Shown piece by piece: positions 8,904 to 18,528 of a DNA stretch of 64,000 nucleotides. A model generated the notes under the pieces. It ran no database searches and was not told the DNA's origin. It saw only the letters and a program-made list of their open reading frames with translations. Where the stretch lies: positions 358,479-422,478 of the forward strand of contig JACPEJ010000001.1 of assembly GCA_016183565.1 (NCBI GenBank), given 5' to 3'. The translations under genes were made by a program, and so were the position numbers. Position 1 is the first letter of the stretch; each line of letters starts with the position of its first letter. Source of the DNA: Candidatus Blackburnbacteria bacterium (GTDB lineage Bacteria > Patescibacteriota > Microgenomatia > UBA8517 > UBA10165).

Positions 8904-10570
8904 AAATGAAATACATCCTTATTGTAATAGTTCTTCTTGGTTCAGTTTTTAGGTTGTGGGGTCTTTCCGAGAATCCTCCTCACTTGACGAGTGACGAAGC
9001 GGCGCTTGGCTATAACGCTTATTCTATTTTAAAAACTGGGCGGGATGAGCACGGTGAATTATTCCCAATAGTTTTTAAATCATTTGGGGACTGGAAACCG
9101 GGGCTTTATGTGTATCTTACAGTACCGTTTGTAGCGACCCTTGGTTTAACAGAACTTGCAGTAAGATTACCAGCGGCTATAGCTGGTGTCTCGGCAATAG
9201 TTCTTCTGTTTTTGATAACACACCAACTTTTTGATAACAAAAAGGTTGCTCTTTTTGCAAGTTTCTTTTTAGCTATTTCTCCTTGGCATATACAGTTTTC
9301 GCGGGGGGCATGGGAGGCTGGTATTGCTTTAACACTTACCCTTTTAGGAATTTACTTTTTCCTTCTAGTGGTTAAGGGCAGACCACGCATGCTTATTGTT
9401 GCGGGTTTATTTTTTGCCTTAACCCTTTGGACATATCAGGGTGCAAAGCTTGCAACTGCCGTAGTGGGGCTTGGACTTTTGATCTGTTTTTGGAAGGAAC
9501 TCTCGAAAGTTTCGCTAAAGATTTTAGGCAAAAGTTTAGCAATTGGTTTTTTGGTTGCCTTACCAGTTTTGGTGGGTTTTTGGCAGGGGAAAACAGGTAG
9601 GCTTGAGGTTTATAGTATTTTTTCGTACAGACGGCCTGAGGATTATGTGCAAGCTATTCTTGGCCAAGAACGTGTGAGCCGTGATTCTTGGCAATATATT
9701 CTTTACCACTCCGAATCTCTAAATTTTGTACGGGGCATATTGGGCAGGTGGTTTAATTACTATTCAGGACGATTTTTGTTTTTCGATGGTGATTGGACTA
9801 ATCCTCGTCATGCTGTCCCTAATTCAGGGAATTTATTGATAATAGATAGTATAATGCTCGTCCTTGGTCTCTTTGCCTTGTCACGGGTAGGTGCAAAGAA
9901 GGAAGCGCTTTTTGTTTGGTTTTGGATTATTTTTGCTCCATTGCCAGCAGCTTTGTCTCGAGACTCGGTTCATGCTATACGTACGTTAAATATGGTAATT
10001 CCGCTAACAATTTTATTGGCGTTGGGTGCAAATGCTGTCTGGGATCAAAGAAAGAGAGTTGGGAAATTGCTGCCTGTGTTGTTGGTAGTTTTCAGTGGGA
10101 TCTATATAGCAAACTATGTGTATTATCTTGATCAATACTGGATTCATGGGCCAAAGAGAAATTCCAAATATTGGCAGTATGGTTATAAGCAGATGGTTGA
10201 GAAACTCACTCCACTTCAACAAAAATATGATGAGATAGTTGTTATTCAGGATTATACGCAACCGTATATATTTTTCCTTTTCTACCAAAAGTACGATCCT
10301 GTAAAGTATCAAGGAATGGTCAGTCAAGTTTATATGCCTAACAAATATGGGGATGTTGGTCTTGTTTCGGGATTGGATAATATTACGTTTAGGGATATAA
10401 ACTGGCAAGATGATCGTGGTATGGTTGGGAAACTTTTTGTTGTAGATCCGATTCGTGTTCCTATTGTGGATTCAAGTAGCCCGGCGGAATTTAAATTAGT
10501 TGATCAGGTGAATTATTTAAATGGAGATGTGGCATTTCGTATTTTAGAAATCCTTGGGGAAAAGAGATAA
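8900..10570 (+). CDS. ArnT/PMT-like GT-C glycosyltransferase
   Basis: LTSDEAALGYNAYSILKTGRDEHG and AISPWHIQFSR motifs. Confidence 0.85.
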   Translation: MKMKYILIVIVLLGSVFRLWGLSENPPHLTSDEAALGYNAYSILKTGRDEHGELFPIVFKSFGDWKPGLYVYLTVPFVATLGLTELAVRLPAAIAGVSAIVLLFLITHQLFDNKKVALFASFFLAISPWHIQFSRGAWEAGIALTLTLLGIYFFLLVVKGRPRMLIVAGLFFALTLWTYQGAKLATAVVGLGLLICFWKELSKVSLKILGKSLAIGFLVALPVLVGFWQGKTGRLEVYSIFSYRRPEDYVQAILGQERVSRDSWQYILYHSESLNFVRGILGRWFNYYSGRFLFFDGDWTNPRHAVPNSGNLLIIDSIMLVLGLFALSRVGAKKEALFVWFWIIFAPLPAALSRDSVHAIRTLNMVIPLTILLALGANAVWDQRKRVGKLLPVLLVVFSGIYIANYVYYLDQYWIHGPKRNSKYWQYGYKQMVEKLTPLQQKYDEIVVIQDYTQPYIFFLFYQKYDPVKYQGMVSQVYMPNKYGDVGLVSGLDNITFRDINWQDDRGMVGKLFVVDPIRVPIVDSSSPAEFKLVDQVNYLNGDVAFRILEILGEKR

Positions 10571-10612
10571 ATTAGAATTTAAAAACAAATGAGAATTTGT
10601 CTTCAACTATAT

Positions 10613-12277
10613 ATGAAACGTTTAATTTGGCTAATTATAATTCTTGCTGCAATACTGCGTTTTTATCGTTTGGATGTTTTGCCTGCGTTGAATGCTGATG
10701 AGGCAGCGATAGGATATAATAGTTATTCACTTATTAAAACAGGTAATGATGAGCATGGGAACTTATGGCCAGTTCATTTTCAGTCTTTTAATGACTATAA
10801 ACCGGGATTGTATTTTTACTTGGTTTTACCTTTTGTCGCGTTTTTTGGTTTGAATGAGTGGGCAGTAAGAATACCTGGGGCTTTTCTTGGGGTTTCTACG
10901 GTTTTTGTAGTTTGGCTTCTTGTGAAAGAGTTGTTTCCAGATAGAAAGTGGCTGCCAGAGTTATCAGCATTTTTTCTTACTATTTCTCCTTGGCATATTC
11001 ATTTTTCTCGAGGGGGATGGGAAGTGAATGTGGCGACATTTTTTATAACCGTGGGGGTTTGGGGATTTATTAAAGGGGTTAGAGATAACAGATGGTTTTG
11101 GCTTTCGAGTTTAGCTTTTGTTGCCTCACTGTATACTTATCATACTGCGAGGATTGTTGTTCCATTATTGATATTGGGTTTTTTGTTTATTTTTAAAAAA
11201 GCTCTTTTTTGGGATAGTAAGGATGCTGTTTTTAAATTCTTGAAAGTTGGTGTACCCAAGCATTTTTTCTTGAGTGTTGTGGTAGGGGTATTGTTTTTAG
11301 TGCCTTTAGTAAGAGGTCTTTTAGGACCGGCAGGTGTTTCTCGTGTTGCGGGTGTTGGGCTTTTTGCTGATACTGGTCCTTTTTGGCTAACAAATCAGCA
11401 ACGTGGGGAACATGAAGATTTTCAGGGTAAATTTGCTTTACTTTTACACAATAAACCAATCAACTATGGTATTGCTTTTTTGGAAAATTATGCTGGGCAT
11501 TTTTGGGGAGAATTTCTTTTCTTGTCAGGTGATGAAATTCAGCGAAACAAGGTTCCAGAAATTGGCCAAATGTACTTGTTTGATCTTTTGTTTTTGGCTC
11601 TGGGTTTAATAGTTATTGCAAGAAGTCCTAAAAACTGGGGAGTTGTAATCTTGTGGATTATGGTTGCTCCTGTTGCAGCGGCCCTTACGTTTCAGTCCCC
11701 CCATGCCTTAAGAGCTGAGAATATGGTAGTCCCTTTGACGATGATTAGTGCGTATGGTGGATATTGGTTATGGGGGAAGTGCAGACCCTCGGACAGAGGG
11801 AAGTTAGGCAGGTTAGGGAAGTTATGTGAGATACTGCTTGTAGTTTGGGTATTATGGGATTTTTCTCGATATTTACACCAGTATTATTTTCATATGGCGA
11901 AGACTTATGATTACTCTTCCCAGTATGGAATGAAGGAATTAGTACAATATATTACTCACAATAATAGCGAGAATAGGAGAGTGGTGGTAACTAATAGGTA
12001 TGATCAGCCGTATATTCTTTTCTTGTTCTATTTAAAATATCCGCCGGAGCAGTTTCAAAAGGAGCATGTTTTGACCCCAAGAGATAAATTTGGTTTTTCC
12101 ACAGTGGAGGGGTTTGGGAATTACACTTTTCGAGAGATTGGAAATTGGGATGAGATAAGGCGAGATTATCCGGGTGCTTTAATAGCTGGGACAGAGGACG
12201 AGATCCCGGGTGGAAATATACTTAGCACTATTACCTTTCCAAGTGGGAGAACGGTGTTTAAGATTGTAGCTAACTAG
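10613..12277 (+). CDS. ArnT/PMT-like GT-C glycosyltransferase
   Basis: LNADEAAIGYNSYSLIKTGNDEHG and TISPWHIHFSR motifs; start at MKRLIW by comparison with paralogs. Confidence 0.85.
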   Translation: MKRLIWLIIILAAILRFYRLDVLPALNADEAAIGYNSYSLIKTGNDEHGNLWPVHFQSFNDYKPGLYFYLVLPFVAFFGLNEWAVRIPGAFLGVSTVFVVWLLVKELFPDRKWLPELSAFFLTISPWHIHFSRGGWEVNVATFFITVGVWGFIKGVRDNRWFWLSSLAFVASLYTYHTARIVVPLLILGFLFIFKKALFWDSKDAVFKFLKVGVPKHFFLSVVVGVLFLVPLVRGLLGPAGVSRVAGVGLFADTGPFWLTNQQRGEHEDFQGKFALLLHNKPINYGIAFLENYAGHFWGEFLFLSGDEIQRNKVPEIGQMYLFDLLFLALGLIVIARSPKNWGVVILWIMVAPVAAALTFQSPHALRAENMVVPLTMISAYGGYWLWGKCRPSDRGKLGRLGKLCEILLVVWVLWDFSRYLHQYYFHMAKTYDYSSQYGMKELVQYITHNNSENRRVVVTNRYDQPYILFLFYLKYPPEQFQKEHVLTPRDKFGFSTVEGFGNYTFREIGNWDEIRRDYPGALIAGTEDEIPGGNILSTITFPSGRTVFKIVAN

Positions 12278-12279
12278 AT

Positions 12280-13155
12280 ATGAAAAAAAGTCGAGCGAAG
12301 ATATCAGTAGTTTTAGCAACATTCAATGAAGAAAAAAACATAGGTGTTTGTCTTGAATCGATTCGACAACTGGCAGATGAGATAGTAGTGGTTGATGGTT
12401 CTTCAACTGATAGAACAAGAGAGATAGCTAAGTCATATGGCGCTCATGTTATAAAAGTAAAGAACTATCCTATTTTTCATATTAATAAACAGAGGGCGTT
12501 AGAGAGTGCAACTAGTGAGTGGATACTTCAGCTTGATGCTGATGAACGTGTGACAAAAGAACTGGCAGACGAAATATTGAAGGTAGTGAATATGAGTAAT
12601 GATGAGATAGAGGCTTATCAGAAACAGTTAGAGAATCGAGCACTATTTTTAAGACATCAGCAAATACTTACAGAGAGAGATGGTACTATTGGTGCAAAAG
12701 ACGGAGAATATGCAGCGTTTTTCCTTCCACGGTTGAATTATTTTCTTGGTGGTTACTTAAGACATGGAGGGACTTATCCTGATGGGGTGATTAGGTTGGT
12801 TAAGCGGGGGAAAGCACATTTTCCTGCGAAGAGTGTTCATGAGCAGATTGTTGTTGATGGTAAGGTTGGTTGGCTAGGGAACGATCTTTTACATTTGGAT
12901 TCCCCGAATTTTAAACGATATTTAGAGAGAAACAGTCGTTACGTAGACTTAATTAGAGATGAAATGAAGCAAGAAAAAGTAGGTAAGAACTTTCTTCAGT
13001 TTGTAAATTACTTTTTAGTTAAACCGTTTGGGTGGTTTTTTCTGACGCAGTTTAGACATAAGGGAATTTTGGATGGTTACCGGGGAGTTGTTTTCTCGTT
13101 TTTTTCTGCCCTGAGATTCCCTAGGGCATATTGGAGGTACATAAAGGAAAGTTAA
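12280..13155 (+). CDS. GT2 glycosyltransferase (WaaE/KdtX-like)
   Basis: ATFNEE, VVDGSSTD, LDADE and SVHE motifs. Confidence 0.85.
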   Translation: MKKSRAKISVVLATFNEEKNIGVCLESIRQLADEIVVVDGSSTDRTREIAKSYGAHVIKVKNYPIFHINKQRALESATSEWILQLDADERVTKELADEILKVVNMSNDEIEAYQKQLENRALFLRHQQILTERDGTIGAKDGEYAAFFLPRLNYFLGGYLRHGGTYPDGVIRLVKRGKAHFPAKSVHEQIVVDGKVGWLGNDLLHLDSPNFKRYLERNSRYVDLIRDEMKQEKVGKNFLQFVNYFLVKPFGWFFLTQFRHKGILDGYRGVVFSFFSALRFPRAYWRYIKES

Positions 13156-13171
13156 AAATGAAAAGTCAAAA

Positions 13172-14209
13172 ATGAAAGTTTTTATTGACGAACAAGTGTT
13201 AAATATCAGACACACGATTCGGGGTATTGGGGTGTATACTAGAAATCTTGTTGATGCTTTAAAAAAGCAGAAAGACATAGTTTTAGTTTCTGACGGGAGA
13301 GCGGCAGATATAATCCACTATCCATATTTTGACTTGTTTTTTAGTACTTTAAAAGTTCAGGGTGGGGAAAAGACTATAGTTACTATCTACGATACCATTC
13401 CGCTTATTTATCCGCAACATTATCCATCGGGAATTAAAGGAAAATTAAACTTTATTAGGCAAAAGAAAGCACTTCAGAAGATAGATGCTGTAGTTACAAT
13501 ATCGGAGACATCTAAGAAGGATATTGTACGATTTTTAGATGTACCGCAAGAAAAGATCTATACGGTTTATCTAGCACCTGGTGCAATTTTCAGGAAAGTG
13601 GAAGGTGGAAAGTGGAAAGTGGAAGTTGCAAAACGTTATGCTCTTCCAGAGCGTTTTGTCCTATATGTTGGTGATGTAAACTACAATAAAAATTTGAGTG
13701 GATTGGCCCAAGCATGTGTGCTGGCAAAGCTGCCTTTGGTTATTGTAGGTAAGCAAGCGGCCACTGCTGAATTTGATAAGCAACACCTGGAAAACAGACC
13801 GTTTGCCTCTTTCTTAGAGAAGTATGGAGGTAATTCGAATATTAGGCGTTTGGGTTTTGTGCCAGATGAGGATTTGGTGTTAATTTATAATTTGGCGACA
13901 GTGTATTGCCAACCATCTTTTTACGAAGGGTTTGGGCTTCCTGTTTTAGAGGCGATGGCTTGTGGTTGTCCTGTTGTTGCTTCTCGGACACAAGCGTTGG
14001 TAGAAATATGTGGTGACAGTGCGCTTTTTGCTGATCCGAAGGATCCTCGGGATATTGCTGTTAAGATTAAAACTGTGTCTGGAAACAGAAAATTGGCCAG
14101 TTCATTAGGTAGAAGTGGTATTGAGAAAGTAAAGCAGTTCTCATGGGAGAAACTTGCTTATGAAACAACTAAAGTATATACAACGATTCTTAAACAAAAT
14201 AGACACTAA
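13172..14209 (+). CDS. GT4 glycosyltransferase (mannosyltransferase MtfB/WbaZ-like)
   Basis: RGIGVY, YNKN and PSFYEGFGLPVLEAMACG motifs. Confidence 0.9.
   Translation: MKVFIDEQVLNIRHTIRGIGVYTRNLVDALKKQKDIVLVSDGRAADIIHYPYFDLFFSTLKVQGGEKTIVTIYDTIPLIYPQHYPSGIKGKLNFIRQKKALQKIDAVVTISETSKKDIVRFLDVPQEKIYTVYLAPGAIFRKVEGGKWKVEVAKRYALPERFVLYVGDVNYNKNLSGLAQACVLAKLPLVIVGKQAATAEFDKQHLENRPFASFLEKYGGNSNIRRLGFVPDEDLVLIYNLATVYCQPSFYEGFGLPVLEAMACGCPVVASRTQALVEICGDSALFADPKDPRDIAVKIKTVSGNRKLASSLGRSGIEKVKQFSWEKLAYETTKVYTTILKQNRH
13593..13627 (+). repeat. Five imperfect tandem copies of heptamer GGAAAGT within the GT4 gene
   Basis: GGAAAGT GGAAGGT GGAAAGT GGAAAGT GGAAGTT. Confidence 0.8.
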
Positions 14210-15347
14210 ACAAATTTTACTACTCTTTTTGGTTTGGAGAGTTTGGACTTTTGTCTTTGCCTTACTTGGGATAATTTTAGTTCCTTTATATAGTCGGGAC
14301 TTTTTTGGGGGTGGATTAGACCACTACCTTGAAAATCCTGTGTTTTGGAGTTGGGCTAATTTTGATGGTGAGCATTATATTTCCTTAGTCCAACATGGTT
14401 ATCAGAAATTAACTCATTCCTTTTTCCCGTTTTATCCGTTGGTTGTGAGGATTGCTTCTACGGAAAGTATTTCTAATATAACTGCGGTTGGAGTTTTGAT
14501 TTCAAGCGTATCTTTGTTTGTGGGTATTTGTTTATTTTGGAGACTTGTATGTGTTGATTTTTCACCAAAGGTGGCTTTGTATTCGCTTGTTTCTCTTCTT
14601 GTTTTTCCAACGTCTTTCTTTTTTGGGGCTTTTTATACAGAGTCTTTGTTTTTCTTGCTTGTTGTTGGTTCTTTTTTCGCTGCCAGGAAGTCTAACTGGT
14701 TCTTGAGTGGGATCTTGGGTGCTCTAGCGAGTTCTACGCGAATAATTGGGATTTTTCTTTTGCCGGCTCTTATTGTTGAGTGGTTATTACAAGGTAGAGA
14801 CGAGTCTTTAAAAAAGTCTCTAGGTAAGAGAATATTGCAGTTTCTGTGTATCTTCCTTGTACCTTTGGGCTTGGGGATATATATGTTTTATTTGTATAGA
14901 ACTACGGGTAATTGGCTGAGTTTTTATACGGACCTTTCCCCTTTTGGGGAGCAACGCGGGGGTGGTACAATCGTATTTCTTCCTCAAGTGTTGTGGCGAT
15001 ATGTAAGGATGATTTTTACTGTTGATAAGACAAGTTTGTTCTATCTAACACTTCTGATGGAGTTTTTGACTGGTATCGGTGTATTGTTTCTGGGGGTGTG
15101 GGGGTGGATGAAAAACGTGCGTTTGTCGTACTTGGTTTTTATGGGGTTGGGTTATATACTTCCTACTTTGACGGGAAGTTTTAGTTCCCTTCCGAGATAT
15201 GTTTTGGTATTGTTTCCTTTGTTTATTATCATGGGCATGTTTTTGTCTAAACAGAGAATGTTTGTGCGTATGGCAATTCTTTCTCTGTTGACTGTTTTAT
15301 TGATAATTGAAACAATGCTCTTTGTGCGCGGTTATTGGGTAGGATAG
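14160..15347 (+). CDS. PIG-V-like (GT76) membrane mannosyltransferase
   Basis: WANFDGEHY, FFPFYP, YTESLF, STRIIG and SLPRY motifs. Confidence 0.8.
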   Translation: MKQLKYIQRFLNKIDTKQILLLFLVWRVWTFVFALLGIILVPLYSRDFFGGGLDHYLENPVFWSWANFDGEHYISLVQHGYQKLTHSFFPFYPLVVRIASTESISNITAVGVLISSVSLFVGICLFWRLVCVDFSPKVALYSLVSLLVFPTSFFFGAFYTESLFFLLVVGSFFAARKSNWFLSGILGALASSTRIIGIFLLPALIVEWLLQGRDESLKKSLGKRILQFLCIFLVPLGLGIYMFYLYRTTGNWLSFYTDLSPFGEQRGGGTIVFLPQVLWRYVRMIFTVDKTSLFYLTLLMEFLTGIGVLFLGVWGWMKNVRLSYLVFMGLGYILPTLTGSFSSLPRYVLVLFPLFIIMGMFLSKQRMFVRMAILSLLTVLLIIETMLFVRGYWVG

Positions 15348-15348
15348 T

Positions 15349-16611
15349 ATGAAATTTACAAAGATATTATTCCTGTATTTTTTGTCTTTGGCCGGAAGCT
15401 CGTTTTTTGCGGGAAGTATTATTATGGTGCTTGGTACAAATTTTCATAACCTTGGCCAGTTGGTCTACCACTTTCTGGCCGGCAGACTTTTAGGCAAAGT
15501 TTTCTATGGAGACCTGGCGGCCCTAATTTCTATTTTTGGTCTTCTTGCAATAATTCAACAAGCTTTTGGTTTAACAATTATTAAGTTTGTTGCATCAGCA
15601 AAAAGTCCCGAGGAAGCTAATAACTTTACCAAGTGGGTGTGGTTCTGGAGTATTTGGGTAGGTGTTATAGTTTTTGTCTTGCTTTTGTTTTCCTCACCAT
15701 TTATAGTCCAATTTTTAAACATTAGTCAACCGCAGGTAATTTATATATTTATTCCCGTCGTTCTTGTTGGCTTTATCTCAAATACTGGTAGAGCGCTTTT
15801 ACAAGGTTTTACTAGATTTACCCAGTTTGTTGTTAGTATGGTTGCAGAAGTAGGAGCAAAGATTGTTGCTATGGTACTTCTTGTATATCTCGGCTACTCA
15901 CTTTTTGGGGCAGTAGCAGCACTTCCTGTGGGAGCTGTGGTTGGATTTGTTATTGTCTGGTTGGGGTTGAGGAAAAACCTTAAAGGACCAAGAGCCAAGA
16001 TGCCCAATCTCTCCCCTCTTTTTGCATATTCATTTCCCGTGTTTATTCAAAGTATTGCTCTTACTTCAATGTATTCATCAGATATTTTGCTTGCTAAGCA
16101 CTTTTTTACCGCAGAGCAGGCAGGACTTTATGCTGCCTTGGCAAAACTTGGAACGATTGCATTCTTCAGCTCTTCTCCGATAACGAGTGTGATGTTTCCA
16201 ATAATTGCGAGAAATCATACGCATGGTCAGCCCTATCACAGAATTTTTTACCTTAGTGTCGCTTTAGTTACACTGATTTCATTAGCCGTAATAATCTCCT
16301 ATATATTCCTTTCTGGTTTTATTATCGGGATTCTTTTTGGCAAAGATTTTGTTGAAGGCGCCCCGATTTTATGGTGGTTTAGTCTTTATATGTTCCTATT
16401 GGGGGTCGGAATGCTTTTTGTTCATTTTTATTTGTCGATTGGTAAAACAAAAGTCGTTTGGTTGTTTGCCGCAGCAGCACTTACTCAAATAGTTCTGATT
16501 CTGGTGTTTCACGCCACCTTATTAAGTGTTATTCAAATGTCAATAATTGCAGCAGCTTTACTCGTTCTGGGTCTTCTTCTATACTTTCCTTACCACCACA
16601 GACAAAGATGA
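15349..16611 (+). CDS. wzx: Wzx-type oligosaccharide flippase (MOP superfamily)
   Basis: About 12 TMs; GRLLG..YG and DILLAKHF..AGLYAA motifs. Confidence 0.75.
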   Translation: MKFTKILFLYFLSLAGSSFFAGSIIMVLGTNFHNLGQLVYHFLAGRLLGKVFYGDLAALISIFGLLAIIQQAFGLTIIKFVASAKSPEEANNFTKWVWFWSIWVGVIVFVLLLFSSPFIVQFLNISQPQVIYIFIPVVLVGFISNTGRALLQGFTRFTQFVVSMVAEVGAKIVAMVLLVYLGYSLFGAVAALPVGAVVGFVIVWLGLRKNLKGPRAKMPNLSPLFAYSFPVFIQSIALTSMYSSDILLAKHFFTAEQAGLYAALAKLGTIAFFSSSPITSVMFPIIARNHTHGQPYHRIFYLSVALVTLISLAVIISYIFLSGFIIGILFGKDFVEGAPILWWFSLYMFLLGVGMLFVHFYLSIGKTKVVWLFAAAALTQIVLILVFHATLLSVIQMSIIAAALLVLGLLLYFPYHHRQR

Positions 16612-17396
16612 AAAACGGGCTGTTATCTATTGTTGTACCGGCGTACAAGCAAGAGCAAACGATTAAAAGAGATCTTGAGAATATAGATCAAACGTTGCGT
16701 GAGGGACTAAAAGGCTATATTTATGAAATTATATGTGTTGTGGATGGTAGGGTTGATCGAACTTGGGAAGAGGCTAAGAAAGTGAAGTCTAGAAGAGTTA
16801 AGGTTGTTGGCTATGATGCAAATCGTGGCAAGGGTTACGCAGTTAGATATGGTATGGCAACATCCAGGGGTGATTGGGTTTCGTTTTTGGATGCTGGTAT
16901 GGAAATAAGCCCAACTGGAATTATGATGCTGATGGCGCATATGGAGTGGTATGGTGCCGATATTATAGTTGGGTCCAAACGCCACCCTGCTTCCCGAGTA
17001 AACTATCCTTTCCTTCGTTATATTCTAAGTATTGGCTATCATGGTTTATCGATGTTTTTTTTTGGTTTACCACTTAGGGATACACAAAGCGGAATAAAAA
17101 TTTTCAAAAGAGAAGTACTTAAAAAGATTCTTCCTCGACTTCTGGTTAAAAGGTATGCAATGGACATAGAAATGTTAGCAGTAGCCAAATATCTTGGATT
17201 TGATAGAATTTTTGAGGCTCCTATAGAAGTAAGATTTGATCAAAGAACGAGTAGGGTTTCCTGGCGCAGTATTTTTAACATGGCATGGGACACACTGGCA
17301 GTGTTTTATCGCCTAAAAATCTTGCATTATTATGATGATAAAAACAGGAAAAACTGGCTTGTTGATCATGAATATTCTTATTCTTTCTTGGCGTGA
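16608..17396 (+). CDS. GT2, polyprenyl-phosphate glycosyltransferase (DPM1/ALG5-like)
   Basis: PAYKQE, NRGKGYAVRYG, GSKRHP and DTQSGIK motifs; ATGA overlap gives start 16608. Confidence 0.85.
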   Translation: MKNGLLSIVVPAYKQEQTIKRDLENIDQTLREGLKGYIYEIICVVDGRVDRTWEEAKKVKSRRVKVVGYDANRGKGYAVRYGMATSRGDWVSFLDAGMEISPTGIMMLMAHMEWYGADIIVGSKRHPASRVNYPFLRYILSIGYHGLSMFFFGLPLRDTQSGIKIFKREVLKKILPRLLVKRYAMDIEMLAVAKYLGFDRIFEAPIEVRFDQRTSRVSWRSIFNMAWDTLAVFYRLKILHYYDDKNRKNWLVDHEYSYSFLA

Positions 17397-18486
17397 CCCC
17401 AAACATCCATTAGCTGGTGGTGCAGAGCAAGTTATGCATGAACATGCAAAGGGGTGGGTGGAGGCTGGCCATAATGTTACCCTTTTTGCCTCTCACTTTA
17501 AGTATGCACCCCGCTGTCAGGTGTTGGACGGTGTAACCGTAATAAGATATGGTTTTCAATATCTTGGTGTCCATTTGGCAGCCTTTTTCTGGTACTTGTT
17601 TGGCAAACACGCGCATTTTGATTTGGTTGTTGATCAGTTCCATGGCATTCCTTTTTTTACGCCCTTTTATGCAAGAGTGCCTAAACTTGCGGTACTTCAA
17701 GAAGTGGCACGCGAAGTTTGGCTGATTAACCACTTACCGTGGCCATTTAGTTGGATTGTAGGATGGATGGGGTATCTTAGCGAACCGTTGGTCTTTATTT
17801 TTTATAAACATGCTCCGTTCATGGTGGGTTCTGAATCGGCAAAACAAGACCTAATTAAATTGGGAATTGGTGATAATAATATTACAGTTGTACCTCATGG
17901 TGTGTTGATAAGAAAACCTAAGCCAGTGCCTCAAAAAGAAAAAGTTAAATCAATTGTCTTTTTGGGTGCTTTGGCAAAAGATAAGGGTGTTGAAGACGCA
18001 ATAAAGGCATTTGGCTTACTCACTAAATTTGGTAAGTTTGAGTTTTGGATAATTGGTAGAGGTTCTGTAAGTTATATAGCTAAACTTAAAAAACTTGCAA
18101 GTTGTGTTGGAGTAGAGAAAAGTACTATCTTTTGGGGTTTTGTATCTGATAAGAAAAAGTTTGAATTACTTGCAAGAGCGCATGTTATGGTTAATCCGTC
18201 TGTTCGAGAAGGATGGGGACTTGTTAATATTGAGGCAAATGCAATGGGTACACCAGTTGTGGCTTATAGGTCTCCAGGTTTGGTTGACTCGGTGAAAGAT
18301 GGGGTTAGTGGTGTTTTATGTTACCACAATACTCCTGAAGCCCTAGCAGAAGCTATTTTTGCTTTACTAAAAGATGCTAGTTATTTGGCGAGCATAAGTA
18401 AAACTTCAGTTGCGTGGAGTAAACAGTTTACTTGGGTAGAATCGCGCGCAAGGAGTTTAAAACTGATTGAGAAAATAGCTACTTGA
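17368..18486 (+). CDS. GT4 glycosyltransferase
   Basis: WRDPKHPLAGGAE and PSVREGWGLVNIEANAMG motifs. Confidence 0.9.
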   Translation: MNILILSWRDPKHPLAGGAEQVMHEHAKGWVEAGHNVTLFASHFKYAPRCQVLDGVTVIRYGFQYLGVHLAAFFWYLFGKHAHFDLVVDQFHGIPFFTPFYARVPKLAVLQEVAREVWLINHLPWPFSWIVGWMGYLSEPLVFIFYKHAPFMVGSESAKQDLIKLGIGDNNITVVPHGVLIRKPKPVPQKEKVKSIVFLGALAKDKGVEDAIKAFGLLTKFGKFEFWIIGRGSVSYIAKLKKLASCVGVEKSTIFWGFVSDKKKFELLARAHVMVNPSVREGWGLVNIEANAMGTPVVAYRSPGLVDSVKDGVSGVLCYHNTPEALAEAIFALLKDASYLASISKTSVAWSKQFTWVESRARSLKLIEKIAT

Positions 18487-18513
18487 TTTTATATAAGTAA
18501 GAGTGTAACAATA

Positions 18514-18522
18514 TGTTATGCT
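18514..18522 (+). promoter_or_regulatory. Extended -10 (TGtTATGCT), 6 nt before ATG; likely leaderless
   Basis: Motif spacing; no SD. Confidence 0.5.
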
Positions 18523-18528
18523 AGGTGT

